Of a stretch of DNA of 64,000 nucleotides, positions 10,501 to 42,783 are shown one piece after another. Both the position numbers and the translations under genes were made by a program. The notes below the pieces were generated by a model that saw only the letters and a program-made list of their open reading frames with translations, was not told where the DNA came from and did not search any database. This DNA is from Ranitomeya imitator (taxonomy: Eukaryota): the NCBI RefSeq assembly GCF_032444005.1, contig NC_091289.1, forward strand, positions 16,182,001 to 16,246,000. Reading direction: 5' to 3'. Numbering within the stretch: the first letter of the stretch is position 1; every line of letters begins with the position of its first letter.

Positions 10501-13500
10501 AATATAACTACTATAATACTGCTCCTATGTACAAGAATATAACTACTATAATACTGCTCCTATGTACAAGAATATAACTACTCTAATACTGTCCCTATAT
10601 ACAAGAATATAACTACTATAATACTGCCCCCTATGTACAAGAATATAACTACTATAATACTGTCCCTATATACAAGAATATAACTACTATAATACTGCTA
10701 ATATGTACAAGAATATAACTACTATAATACTGTCCCCTATGTACAAGAATATAACTACTATAATACTGTCCCTATATACAAGAATATAACTACTATAATA
10801 CTGCTCCTATGTACAAGAATATAACTACTATAATACTGCCCCCTATGTACAAGAATATAACTACTATAATACTGCTCTCTATGTCCAAGAATATAACTAC
10901 TATAATACTGCTCCTATGTACAAGAATATAACTACTATAATACTGCCCCCTATGTACAAGAATATAACTACTATAATACTGCCCCCTATGTACAAGAATA
11001 TAACTACTATAATACTGCTCTCTATGTACAAGAATATAACTACTATAATACTGCTCCTATGTACAAGAATATAACTACTATAATACTGCTCCTATGTACA
11101 AGAATATAACTACTATAATACTGCCCCCTATGTACAAGAATATAACTACTATAATACTGCCCCCTATGTACAAGAATATAACTACTATAATACTGCTCTC
11201 TATGTACAAGAATATAACTACTATAATACTGCTCCTATGTACAAGAATATAACTACTATAATACTGCTCCTATGTACAAGAATATAACTACTATAATACT
11301 GCTCCTATGTACAAGAATATAACTACTATAATACTGCCCCCTATGTACAAGAATATAACTACTATAATACTGCTCTCTATGTACAAGAATATAACTACTA
11401 TAATACTGCCCCATGTACAAGAATATAACTACTATAATACTGCTCCTATGTACAAGAATATAACTACTATAATACTGCCCCTATGTACAAGAATATAACT
11501 ACTATAATACTGCCCCATGTACAAGAATATAACTACTATAATACTGCTCCTATGTACAAGAATATAACTACTATAATACTGCCCCTATGTACAAGAATAT
11601 AACTACTATAATACTGCTCCTACGTACAAGAATATAACTACTATAATACTGCCCCCTATGTACAAGAATATAACTGCTATAATGCTGCCCCTATGTACAA
11701 GAATATAACTACTATAATGCGGCCCTGTTTAGACCCACATATATGAGACCCCTTTCCCTGCTGGTGTCGGTGGTCTTGCTGCGCTCCCTCTACCTCCCCC
11801 TTGTCTTGTGCAGGGAGAGCTCGGGGCTGGTTCTGTTGTCTTCTTGTCACGTCACCACGAAGAAGTTTGAAGATTTCTACTCTGAGTGCCGGAGATCGGA
11901 GCGGCCGCTCGCTACGTTCTGGTGAGCTCTCGCCTTCGTATTTCCAGTCCTATGTGAGTTTGTGGTTACCCCTATAACACTGAGCTGCTGATGCCTCGTT
12001 TCTTTTAGGGCTGTGACTCTCGGTGTTCCCAGTCCACCCAAAGGGGACATAAAAGTGGCTCTAAAGGTGGAAACAATTGGAGACCTCGATCTGGTAAGAT
12101 AAAGAAATGCTGCGTCTTGGATGTGAGATATCGGCCTAATTCAGATCTGTGGAGCTTCTGGGACAAACAATGTTTGGGGCTTCTATTTTCCCGCTTAAGT
12201 TGCCCTAAATAAATCCATGATTGCATATTGTGTGTATAGGTTGCGCCTGAGATGCATCCATCCAAAGGAAGCTTGGAGAGAAGAGACGTCAAGAGAACGG
12301 AGACGAGGTATCAGGTTCTCCGCTCCGCAGTGGGATGTTCACTCCTACAGCTGCAGCCAATGAGCGGTACGGAAATATTACTAAATGCTACAATTAAGAG
12401 TTGTGGGAGTTCAGCTCTGAAGCCTGCAGAATAGTGAGCTCAGCTCTGGAGTGTAATGCAGGACATAACTCAGGATCAGTAATGTAATGTATGTACACAG
12501 TGACTGCACCAGTAGAATAGTGAGTGCAGCTCTGGAGTGTAATGCAGGACATAACTCAGGATCAGTAATGTATGTACACAGTGCCTGCACCAGCAGAATA
12601 GTGAGTGCAGCTCTGGGGTATAATACAGAATGTAACTCAGGATCAGTAATGTAATGTATGTACACAGTGACTGCACCAGCAGAATAGTGAGTGCAGCTCT
12701 GGGGTATAATACAGGATGTAACTCAGGATCAGTAATGTAATGTATGTACACAGTGACTGCACCAGCAGAATAGTGAGTGCAGCTCTGGGGTATAATACAG
12801 GATGTAACTCAGGATCAGTAATGTAATGTATGTACACAGTGTCTGCACCAGCAGAATAGTGAGTGCAGCTCTGGGGTATAATACAGGATGTAACTCAGGA
12901 TCAGTAATGTATGTACACAGTGACTGCACCAGCAGAATAGTGAGTGCAGCTCTGGGGTATAATACAGGATGTAACTCAGGATCAGTAATGTAATGTATGT
13001 ACACAGTGACTGCACCAGCAGAATAGTGAGTGCAGCTCTGGGGTATAATACAGGATGTAACTCAGGATCAGTAATGTATGTACACAGTGACTGCACCAGC
13101 AGAATAGTGAGTGCAGCTCTGGGGTATAATACAGGATGTAACTCAGGATCAGTAATGTATGTACACAGTGACTGCACCAGCAGAATAGTGAGTGCAGCTC
13201 TGGGGTATAATACAGGATGTAACTCAGGATCAGTAATGTATGTACACAGTGACTGCACCAGCAGAATAGTGAGTGCAGCTCTGGGGTATAATACAGGATG
13301 TAACTCAGGATCAGTAATGTAATGTATGTACACAGTGACTGCACCAGCAGAATAGTGAGTGCAGCTCTGGGGTATAATACAGGATGTAACTCAGGATCAG
13401 TAATGTATGTACACAGTGACTGCACCAGCAGAATAGTGAGTGCAGCTCTGGAGTATAATACAGGATGTAACTCAGGATCAGTAATGTAATGTATGTACAC

Positions 13501-14325
13501 AGTGACTGCACCAGCAGAATAGTGAGTGCAGCTCTGGAGTACAGTACAGGATAGGTAATGTACACTAGATTATATATGCATATTGTAAATTTGTGATCAG
13601 AGATGGACAAACCTTCAAATTTCTGTAAATCTTCTTTGACAACTGAATTATTTTTCCATCTTTCTCGATATTTTGTGTTTTTTTTTTTTTTTTTACCTTT
13701 CTTTTCTCTGTAGTTTTTAGGGAGCAGCTTTTAGTCCACTGCACCTTACAGTTCTGTCCGATCCTGGGAGATCACACTTACAGTTCACGGGTGGCAAAAG
13801 TTTTAGGGCAGAACATCTTTGTTCCTTTGGATCTCGCAACTCCAAGACCTCAGGTAAAGCTGAATACAAACTCTGTGGGTACAAACGTCCAGGAATGACA
13901 AGACCCCTCCTAATACAACCGTACAGCATTATAGGGGGGCTATAATGTCATGTTATATATTTTTATGAGGGGCTGCAGGGAGTGTGAGATAATTAGATCC
14001 ACAGCACATTCTGTAATAGGAGTATGAAATCGCCAAGTATTAGGATCTGTGACCAGCTGCTTGCTGACAGTTTCCCTCTGCTGTCTGTATGGATTCTACA
14101 CATTTGAATGTATCTCTTGTTTCTTGATGACAGCGGATAGAAGAGCAGATTCTCCGCAGGATGCGTGTGCCGGAGCAGAAGGTGCACCGGATCCCTCTGC
14201 ACCTTCACCTGCAGCAGCTGCTCATGCCGGACGACCCCTCCGCAGCGCACCCGACGCATCTCACTGCTCCGCCGCCTCCTTATTTCCAGCGGACAATGGA
14301 ACTTTTGCGTCTTAAAATGAAATAG
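7475..14325 (+). CDS. RPUSD3: Mitochondrial RNA pseudouridine synthase domain-containing protein 3 (spliced gene, 9 coding exons, 350 aa)
   Basis: join(7475-7569,9272-9435,9640-9684,9785-9881,11814-11921,12009-12093,12240-12366,13714-13853,14134-14325). All introns are GT-AG, phases chain without frameshift, total 1053 nt. Peptides GPLVAINKPQGLPITG, KESSGLVLLSSC, LQLQP, CPILGDHTYSSRV and PLHLHL match human RPUSD3 as recalled. The N-terminus is Arg-rich with no acidic residues (mitochondrial-presequence-like). Confidence 0.93.
7729..9050. repeat. 33-bp GC-rich minisatellite, about 40 copies, RPUSD3 intron 1
   Basis: Unit CTCTGGGGGACCCCTGTCGGGGAGCGTGCCGGC, with variant …TGGCGAGGCGCGTG…. Confidence 0.97.
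9272..9435 (+). CDS. RPUSD3: RPUSD3 exon 2
   Basis: tgcag|...; ends NVVYMA-G|gtctgt; leads in phase into GPLVAINKP. Confidence 0.82.
9640..9684 (+). CDS. RPUSD3: RPUSD3 exon 3 (GPLVAINKPQGLPITG, RluA motif I)
   Basis: tttag| acceptor, |gtaggt donor, NKP motif. Confidence 0.92.
9785..9881 (+). CDS. RPUSD3: RPUSD3 exon 4 (NTEGNSVMSVLSELQRTLQIKSELHVVKAAPK)
   Basis: ttatcag| acceptor, AA|gtatgt donor; aligns to human LFSVLPELSQ..LQVVRASGK. Confidence 0.88.
9948..11718 (+). repeat. 33-35-bp AT-rich satellite array 1 (RPUSD3 intron 4)
   Basis: Unit TATAACTACTATAATACTGC(C/T)CCTATGTACAAGAA. Confidence 0.97.
11814..11921 (+). CDS. RPUSD3: RPUSD3 exon 5 (ESSGLVLLSSC...RPLATFW)
   Basis: tgtgcag| acceptor, |gtgagc donor. 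Confidence 0.93.
12009..12093 (+). CDS. RPUSD3: RPUSD3 exon 6 (AVTLGVPSPPKGDIKVALKVETIGDLDL)
   Basis: ttttag| acceptor, |gtaaga donor; phase fits. Confidence 0.9.
12240..12366 (+). CDS. RPUSD3: RPUSD3 exon 7 (VAPEMHPSKG...CSLLQLQPMS)
   Basis: gtatag| acceptor, |gtacgg donor. Confidence 0.9.
12427..13550. repeat. 81/86-bp tandem repeat, about 13 copies (RPUSD3 intron 7)
   Basis: Unit GTGAGTGCAGCTCTGGGGTATAATACAGGATGTAACTCAGGATCA(GTAAT)GTAATGTATGTACACAGTGACTGCACCAGCAGAATA. Confidence 0.95.
13714..13853 (+). CDS. RPUSD3: RPUSD3 exon 8 (FREQLLVHCTLQFCPILGDHTYSSRVAKVLGQ)
   Basis: Long poly-T tract + ctgtag|; CAG|gtaaag donor. Confidence 0.92.
14134..14325 (+). CDS. RPUSD3: RPUSD3 exon 9, last coding exon (RIEEQILRR...PLHLHLQQL...PPYFQRTMELLRLKMK*)
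   Basis: gacag| acceptor, 64 codons ending in TAG; candidate AATAAA at 14658-14663. Confidence 0.9.
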   Translation, partial: RIEEQILRRMRVPEQKVHRIPLHLHLQQLLMPDDPSAAHPTHLTAPPPPYFQRTMELLRLKMK

Positions 14326-14744
14326 TCCTTCCTTATCCAAAAATAACGAATGGTCAAGGCAGAAGTGGACTTGTGGTTCGGAGACCCCACCACCACCACT
14401 TTTGGCTAGCAGAGGGCTGACTGGTGGACTCTTAGTATAAAGATGGCTCCTGGTGCTGGGTCCCTATAGTACAGAGAGGCAGGTGGGGGGAGGCTCCCGC
14501 TGCAGAAAGCTTCCTTACAATGCTGGACAGGATTGTATACGACCAAAATGTGGAAAAGTTTTGGTGGATGAAACGTTTTACTTATATTTGTAAATATTCT
14601 GAATCTAAATTGCTTTATCATGTCATATATACTTGTCATTTATGTTTTCACTTTGTAAATAAATGACTTTTTTTCACTATGTTCATCCTTACTAAACACT
14701 GTATGATTTATACATTCTATCGATTCTATGTTACACACTGTATT

Positions 14745-15212
14745 ATAATCCAGAGCTGCATTCACAATTCTACCTTGTGCAAAAAGCAGATTTAGCTGGA
14801 TTTGTGAAAAAGCTCTGGAGCATAATAGAGGATAAGTAATGTAATGTATTTACATAGTGAGTGCAGCTCTGGAGTATAATACTGGATGTAACTCCGGATC
14901 AGTGCAGGATTAGCAATGTAATGTATGTACACAGTGACTGCACCAGCAGAATAGTGAGTGCAGCTCTGGGGTATAATACAGGATGTAACTCAGGATCAGT
15001 AATGTATGTACACAGTGACTGCACCAGCAGAATAGTGAGTGCAGCTCTGGGGTATAATACAGGATGTAACTCAGGATCAGTAATGTATGTACACAGTGAC
15101 TGCACCAGCAGAATAGTGAGTGCAGCTCTGGAGTATAATACAGGATGTAACTCAGGATCAGTAATGCATGTACACAGTGACTGCACCAGCAGAATAGTGA
15201 GTGCAGCTCTGG
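14745..15212. repeat. Second 81/86-bp array (about 4 copies) with an inverted partial unit at its head
   Basis: Same unit; TATAATCCAGAGCTGCATTCAC at 14745 is the inverted copy. Confidence 0.9.
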
Positions 15213-15307
15213 AATACATTTTATTACAAATAGAACTTAGGAGTAGAAATGGTTGTCAGAATGGTTGATTGTGAAATAACACTCGGGGCACAGATTGGAT
15301 ATACGCC

Positions 15308-34026
<18,719 letters not shown>

Positions 34027-36316
34027 TGTTCTTTTGTGGAAAGGCTTCACAGCGACAGATCTGTCAATCAGATTCCAAACCGGGAGGACGGGGCTGTGTA
34101 CAGGATAGACACATGGTTATTGCAGGGGATGGGAAGATTTAAAGGGCGGCTCCAACCTTATAAATCATTTTCCTTGTGTGCGTCAGATTCTTTAGTTATA
34201 TCTGGGAGACAATATGGCGGTGCTATTCAGTTTTCCTCACCGGAGTCAGGGACAGCTGGGTGGAAGCTGTAATTGTGCCAATAATGTTATATAATCAGTG
34301 ACATACAGTACCTGCTATAGAGACATGGAGCACGACTACTAATGGTCGGGAGTAGGCTCAAAACTGAACTGCTGCCCTGGCAATACTTGCAGCTGCCACT
34401 AGGGGGAGCTTGCTGTATGCAGATGTAAACTGATCCTATTGAGTATAATGCTAGCTGTATGAATGCATGTGCAGTGTGCTCCCCCTAGTGGTGACTGCAG
34501 GCAGCCAAAATTCTATCATTTATCAAATTGGAAACTTAAAAACAATCCTTTCTTCCAAAAACAGATATATTCCATAGCTACCAACAGTGCTAATTTTACC
34601 AGGACAAACATGACTGCAAAAGGGGTGGCATTTATGCAGACCCTGCCTCCAAGATGGGTGGTCCTGGTGGTGTAAAGGGTTTGGTTTATGGCATTGCAAT
34701 GTTGGCAAGAATATTGATCTAAATCAGAATGATGGAGATTTTAGTGGGATCGGGCCAATATTGAGGTATGAATTCTATGTATAAACGTATCCAATCTACA
34801 CAGAGGCGAGATATGGGGGGAACCATTAGTCAGCCCTCTGACTTTGTGTACGTTCACGTGGAATAAAAAAAAGGTTGCAGATTTCACCCTACACAATTGA
34901 AAGTAAATTCCACTGTGAAGTTCCACATGAATAATTGACACGCTGCAGACTCTGCACCGCAGGTCAATGCAAGGGCGCAGATACATTTTCCCGCAGCGTC
35001 TGGTTAATATTTCATCCACTTTGCTGCATCTTTGATATTCTAAAGATTTTCTGCCTGCAAATCTGCTGCATTTCTGCTACATGTGAACACATCCTAGCGC
35101 TTGTCAGGTCAGATGATTGCGTTAGTAGGCAGATCTGTGAACCTCCAATACACTGCAGGCACTCCAGATCTACTACTCTCTGTGGATCCGGAAAAATCTC
35201 CAACCAAAATTTCACAAATGGTGTAACTTTTACAAGTAGCTCATGCAGCAGCACACCTTCATTTAGACAATGGATGGAGCCCCTTCCACCCCCAATTATC
35301 CAATCCTATCCTTATAGCTTTATATTTTTTGGATCTGGAGCTGCATACATATAAATGATAGTTTGGTATTCCTGTAGCCACCACTAGGGGGAGCTCACTG
35401 CATACGGCGTTTACATTAAGATCAATAATAATCCTGTCTACAGAAGCCACAATCACTTTTTTTTAAGATGTTTTGATTCTTTAGTGAAAGTATTAGCAGA
35501 GAATATATGAAGAAGATGCATCTCAATAACTCAATAATAAAAAAGATAATATTTCAGCAGTCAATAAATATGAGGTCGTTGCATAAATAAAAGTCCCTCT
35601 TAACAAATCATCAGATAATTGCATTGGGCGACTTGAAGAATGACCCAGAGGTCACTTGCAAACTTGAAGAAAATTTGGGATCTGTCAGATACCGAGTTAC
35701 TCTTACAACTAAGACTACTCCCTGTAACAAAGTGACAGGACACATATCACAGAAATCCAGTGACATCCACTATCACACGTCTATAGCAGGACACAATGTA
35801 TCAGCGGTCTATGCAGGCGACATCTTACCGGGCACATTAGTACATGGTGCATCTAGCAGGCACCGCCATGGGGGACTGTGCCGCCCCTCTGCTTGCAGAG
35901 CTGAGGTTCTGCACTGTGCTGCAGCACCCTTGTCCTCCTGCACATGACATGAAGGCAGGATCCCGGGGTAATCCGTCCCCTTCTGTTTGCTGTTGCCTTG
36001 GTGACAATCTCCTGGGAAACCAGGAAACACAATCTGTCTCCTCCTGCAGTAAATGGCGGCTGCCCCGTAATCCACCTGACGGCTCATCACAATGTATGAA
36101 CTCGGTGTAACCTCAGCCCATATCACCGCCATAATCTGGGCAACAATAATCAACGATGACGGTCCCTAACCTTATAGAAATGTAAAAAAAAAAAATGTCC
36201 GAGGCAACATCCTGTCATTTTATATATTGACTTTTTAGCTCAAATAATAATCCTGTACAAAACCACCGGAAGAAGCAAAAAAAAAAAGTGTATATGTGCA
36301 AAACATGAATAAAATA

Positions 36317-36362
36317 CAGTGGTATGTAAAAGTCTGGGCACCCCTGGTCAAAATTTGTTATT
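36317..36362 (+). mobile_element. Solo Tc1 terminal fragment of the 48639 family
   Basis: TA-CAGTGGTATGTAAAAGTCTGGGCACCCCTGGT. Confidence 0.7.
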
Positions 36363-36424
36363 CAGTGACTATCCCATTCACTTTGATGGGGTTTGCCGAA
36401 ATCCCTTCACCCTCATGGAGCATC

Positions 36425-36604
36425 AGAGGGACTTAGTGGCACGTGAATAGTCTGTGAGCCCTCGCGGGCAGGGTCCCCATTCCTCCTGTACCAGTTATGA
36501 CTTGTATTGTTTAAGATTATTGTACTTGTTTTTATTATGTATACCCCTCCTCACATGTAAAGCGCCATGGAATAAATGGCGCTATAATAATAAATAATAA
36601 TAAT
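36425..36604 (+). mobile_element. L2 3'UTR / L2-tailed SINE end
   Basis: TGTGAGCCC…GGGCAGGGTCC…CCATGGAAT…GCGCTATA(ATA)n, homologous to 61280-61440. Confidence 0.65.
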
Positions 36605-39600
36605 GATGTACCTCTAGGAAGAAACACTGTTCAGTATCTAAAACTTTACACTTTTTTTTCCTGGTATTAGTACAATGCTGCGCTGCCACCTTCTGGCTAT
36701 TCTGGGGACTACCATTTATGGGGCTAGCTTCTGTTCTATCCTGGTCAGGCGGTGTTGGCGACCTGCAGCCCAATTCCAAAACTCTCTGGTGCTCTGTTAC
36801 CATCGTCATCGCCGTGGCCTTACAGGAGAGCACTGGATTTGTGTCGCTCTTCCGCTCCGGCTGGTCACAGGGTGCACAAATCCCCCCTCCCCCATTACAG
36901 CAATCCCCTAATTGTCACATATCCGGCGCTTCGGTGAAAAATTATTATTATACCTTCAGAGTGATTTTAGCGTTCCCGCCTTTTATACTTGTGCCACCAT
37001 CGCACGTAGTAAATCACAGTGAAGCCCCGGCCTAATAATAATCAGCCTTAAAGGACATTACTGTACATTGGGCCACGCTCTCTGCACCCCACCCCCATAT
37101 GGCGGTCACACAGCATCAGGCCCTGCTGACAGTTCCTCTTTCTGGAGTCATTTTGTCTCAGGCAGACAGGAGGAAGCGGTTCACTAGGCCTCACATAGTA
37201 ACCGACAGGAGCACTCACCTTGCCCATAGCAACCAATCAGAGCTCAGCTTTCATTTATTTCCCTACTCTGGAAAAATAGAAGCTGCTCTGTGATTGGTTG
37301 CTATGGGTAACTATACTAAGTTTTCTTTTAGGCCGTGATTTTAGTACTTTTCGATCCTGGTAGATCAGAGTGGCCGTAGATGTTCACCTGTAGGGGGCGT
37401 ATGTTCACACTATTGTTTTGTGTGACCCCTATAGGCTAACGTTAGCGGGGATCACTTATTGGGATCGCAATTCCGAAGCACAATAGTCGCCATCCGTTAA
37501 AGAAAAAAATTATTTTACAATATATTAGTTAAGAGTTAAATTACTTTGTTCTGGGAGGGACAATGCCTTTTTTTTTTTTTTTAGTAGACGAATATGTCAG
37601 AAAAAGTGGAGCGGGGCCATTATAAATCTGGTGACCAAGGTCCATATTATTTATTCTATATAAACCAGAAAACCGACATTGGAATTTCCAAAATATCCGT
37701 CCACAAAACATCTCACCTCCCCCATCATCAATAGGACGTCTATTGCACCACATCAAATAAAACCTCCTGACTGCAGAGGATTTCTACTGTATTTAATTTT
37801 TTTTAAGTTCATCCACAGAAGGAAATTCCAAGCAGCAGAAGTCATAGAAAATAGTGGTGAAACTTTTACAACCACTTCCTCATGAAAACGGTGATTACTG
37901 ACAATCAGCAGCAATTCTGTGCGCTGAAACAGCAAATAGCAGGGGAGCAGTATTATAGTAGTTATATTCTTGTACATATGAGCAGTATTATAGTAGTTCT
38001 ATTCTTGCACATAGGAGCAGTATTATAGTAGTTATATTCTTGTACATAGGTGGCAGTATTATGGTAGTTATATTCTTGTACATAGGGAGCAGTATTATGG
38101 TAGTTATATTCTTGTACATAGGGGCAGTATTATAGTACTTATATTCTTGTACATAGGTGGCAGTATTATGGTAGTTATATTCTTGTACATAGGGAGCAGT
38201 ATTATGGTAGTTATATTCTTGTACATAGGGGCAGTATTATAGTACTTATATTCTTGTACATAGGGAGCAGTATTATGGTAGTTATATTCTTGTACATAGG
38301 AGCAGTATTATAGTAGTTATATTCTTGTACATAGGGAGCAGTATTATGGTAGTTATATTATTGTACATAGGAGCAGTATTATAGTAGTTATATTCTTGTA
38401 CATAGGGACAGGATTATAGTAGTTATATTCTTCTACATAGGGGTAGTATTATAGTAGTTATATTCTTCTACATAGGAGCAGTATTATAGTAGTTATATTC
38501 TTGTACATAGGGACAGGATTATAGTAGTTATATTCTTGTACATAGGGGCAGTATTATAGTAGTTATATTCTTCTACATAGGAGCAGTATTATAGTAGTTA
38601 TATTCTTGTACATAGTGGGCAGTATTATAGTAGTTATATTCTTGTACATAGGGAGCAGTATTATAGTAGTTATATTCTTGTACATAGGTGGCAGTATTAT
38701 GGTAGTTATATTCTTGTATATAGGGGCAGTATTATAGTACTTATATTCTTGTACATAGGGAGCAGTATTATAGTAGTTATATTCTTGTACATAGGTGGCA
38801 GTATTATGGTAGTTATATTTTTGTATATAGGGGCAGTATTATAGTACTTATATTCTTGTACATAGGGACAGGATTATAGTAGTTATATTCTTGTACATAG
38901 GGACAGTATTATGGTAGTTATATTCTTGTACATAGGTGGCAGTATTATGGTAGTTCTATTCTTGTACATAGGTGGCAGTATTATGGTAGTTATATTCTTG
39001 TACATAGGGGCAGTATTATAGTAGTTCTATTCTTGTACATAGGGGCAGTATTATAGTAGTTCTATTCTTGTACATAGGGGCAGTATTATAGTAGTTCTAT
39101 TCTTCTACATAGGAGCAGTATTATAGTAGTTATATTCTTGTACATAGTGGGCAGTATTATAGTAGTTATATTCTTGTACATAGGAGCAGTATTATAGTAG
39201 TTATATTCTTGTACATAGGGGCAGTATTATAGTAGTTATATTCTTGTACATAGGAGCAGTATTATAGTAGTTATATTCTTGTACATAGGAGCAGTATTAT
39301 AGTAGTTATATTCCTGTACATAGGAGCAGTATTATATTAGTTATATTCTTGTACATAGGGAGCAGTATTATAGTAGTTATATTCTTGTACATAGGAGCAG
39401 TATTATAGTAGTTATATTCCCGTACATAGGAGCAGTACTATAGTAGTTATATTCTTGTACATAGGGGCAGTATTATAGTAGTTATATTCTTGTACATAGG
39501 GGCAGTATTATAGTAGTTATATTCTTGTACATAGAGGGCAGTATGATAGTAGTTATATTCTTGTACATAGGAGCAGTATTATAGTAGTTATGTTCTTGTA

Positions 39601-40011
39601 CATAGGGGCAGTATTATAGTAGTTATGTTCTTGTACATAGGGGCAGTATTATAGTAGTTATGTTCTTGTACATAAGAGCAGTATTATAGTAGTTATATTC
39701 TTGTACATAGGAGCAGTATTATAGTAGCTATATTCCTGTACATAGGCGCAGTATTATAGTAGTTATATTCCTGTACATAGGCGCAGTATTATAGTAGTTA
39801 TATTCCTGTACATAGGAGCAGTATTATAGTAGTTATATTCTTGTATATAGGGGGCAGAATTATAGTAGTTATATTCTTGTACATAGGAGCAGTATTATAG
39901 TAGTTATATTCTTGTACATAGGGGCAGTATTATAGTAGTTATATTCTTGTACATAGGAGCAGTATTATTGTAGTTATATTGTTGTATATAGGGGCAGTAT
40001 TATAGTAGCTA

Positions 40012-41643
<1,632 letters not shown>

Positions 41644-42057
41644 TATATTCTTGTACATAGGAGCAGTATTATAGTAGTTATATTCTTGTATATAGGGGCA
41701 GTATTATAGTAGTTATATTCTTGTACATAGGGGGCAGTATTATAGTAGTTATATTCTTGTACATAGGGGCAGTATTATAGTAGTTATATTCTTGTACATA
41801 GGGGCAGTATTATAGTAGTTATATTCTTGTACATAGGAGCAGTATTATAGTAGTTATATTCTTGTACATGGGGGCAGTATTATAGTAGTTATATTCTTGT
41901 ACATGGGGGCAGTATTATAGTAGTTATATTCTTGTACATAGGGGCAGTATTATAGTAGTTATATTCTTGTACATAGGGGCAGTATTATAGTAGTTATATT
42001 CTTGTACATGGGGGCAGTATTATATTAGTTATATTCTTGTACATAGGGGCAGTATTA

Positions 42058-42783
42058 TCTACTATATAATTGTCTAAGGGTCACTTCCGTCTGTCTTTCT
42101 GTCACGGATATTCATTGGTCGCGGCCTCTGTCTGTCATGGAAATCCAAGTCGCTGATTGGTCGTGGCAAAACAGCGATGACCAATCAGCGACAGGCATAG
42201 TCCGGCAGAAAAATGGCCGCTCCTTCATCCCCACAGTCAGTGCCCGCTCCGTACTCCCTTCCAGTCAGCGCTCACAGGGTTAATGGCAGCATTGACCACG
42301 GTGTAATGCACTCCATTAACGCTGCTATTAACAATGTGTGACCAACTTTTTACTATTGATGCTGCCTATGCAGCATCAATAGTAAACATATCTAATGTTA
42401 AAAATAAAAAATAGTTATACACTCACCGTCCGTCGGATCAGGAACCGGCCTTTCCCGCTCCTCGCGACGCCCCGGTGACCGCTCCATGCATTGCGATCTC
42501 ATGAGACCGCAATGCACTCTTCAGACCAAAGCGCGCGAGAAGCGTCGGTAACCGCTTCGATCCGGGGGCCAACTGAAGGGGAGTATATAACCATTTTTTA
42601 TTTTAATTCTTTTTTTTTTTTTTTTTTTTAACAGGGATATGGTGCCCACATTGCTATATACTGTGTGGGCTGTGCAATATATTACGTGGGCTGTATTATA
42701 TACTACTACATGACTGGGCAATATACTACGCGGGCATGCATATTCTAGAATACCCGATGAGTTAGAATCGGGCCACCATCTAG
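42058..42783 (+). mobile_element. Non-autonomous Helitron-like element
   Basis: Starts TCTACTATATAAT, ends CTAG, hairpin CCCGAT…ATCGGG (42753-42772) about 7 nt before CTAG; inserted between A and T of the satellite monomer (agtatta|tagtag) with no TSD. Confidence 0.85.

Noticed and set aside
12411-13610. MYIHYITDPEL… and [10 protein letters not shown]… short ORFs (also 11307, 18733, 28295, 50792-52146)
   Set aside because: Translations of tandem repeats
13714-13720. Alternative AG 7 nt downstream in the RPUSD3 exon 8 acceptor
   Set aside because: It would frameshift; the upstream AG restores VFREQL, matching human VFSSQL
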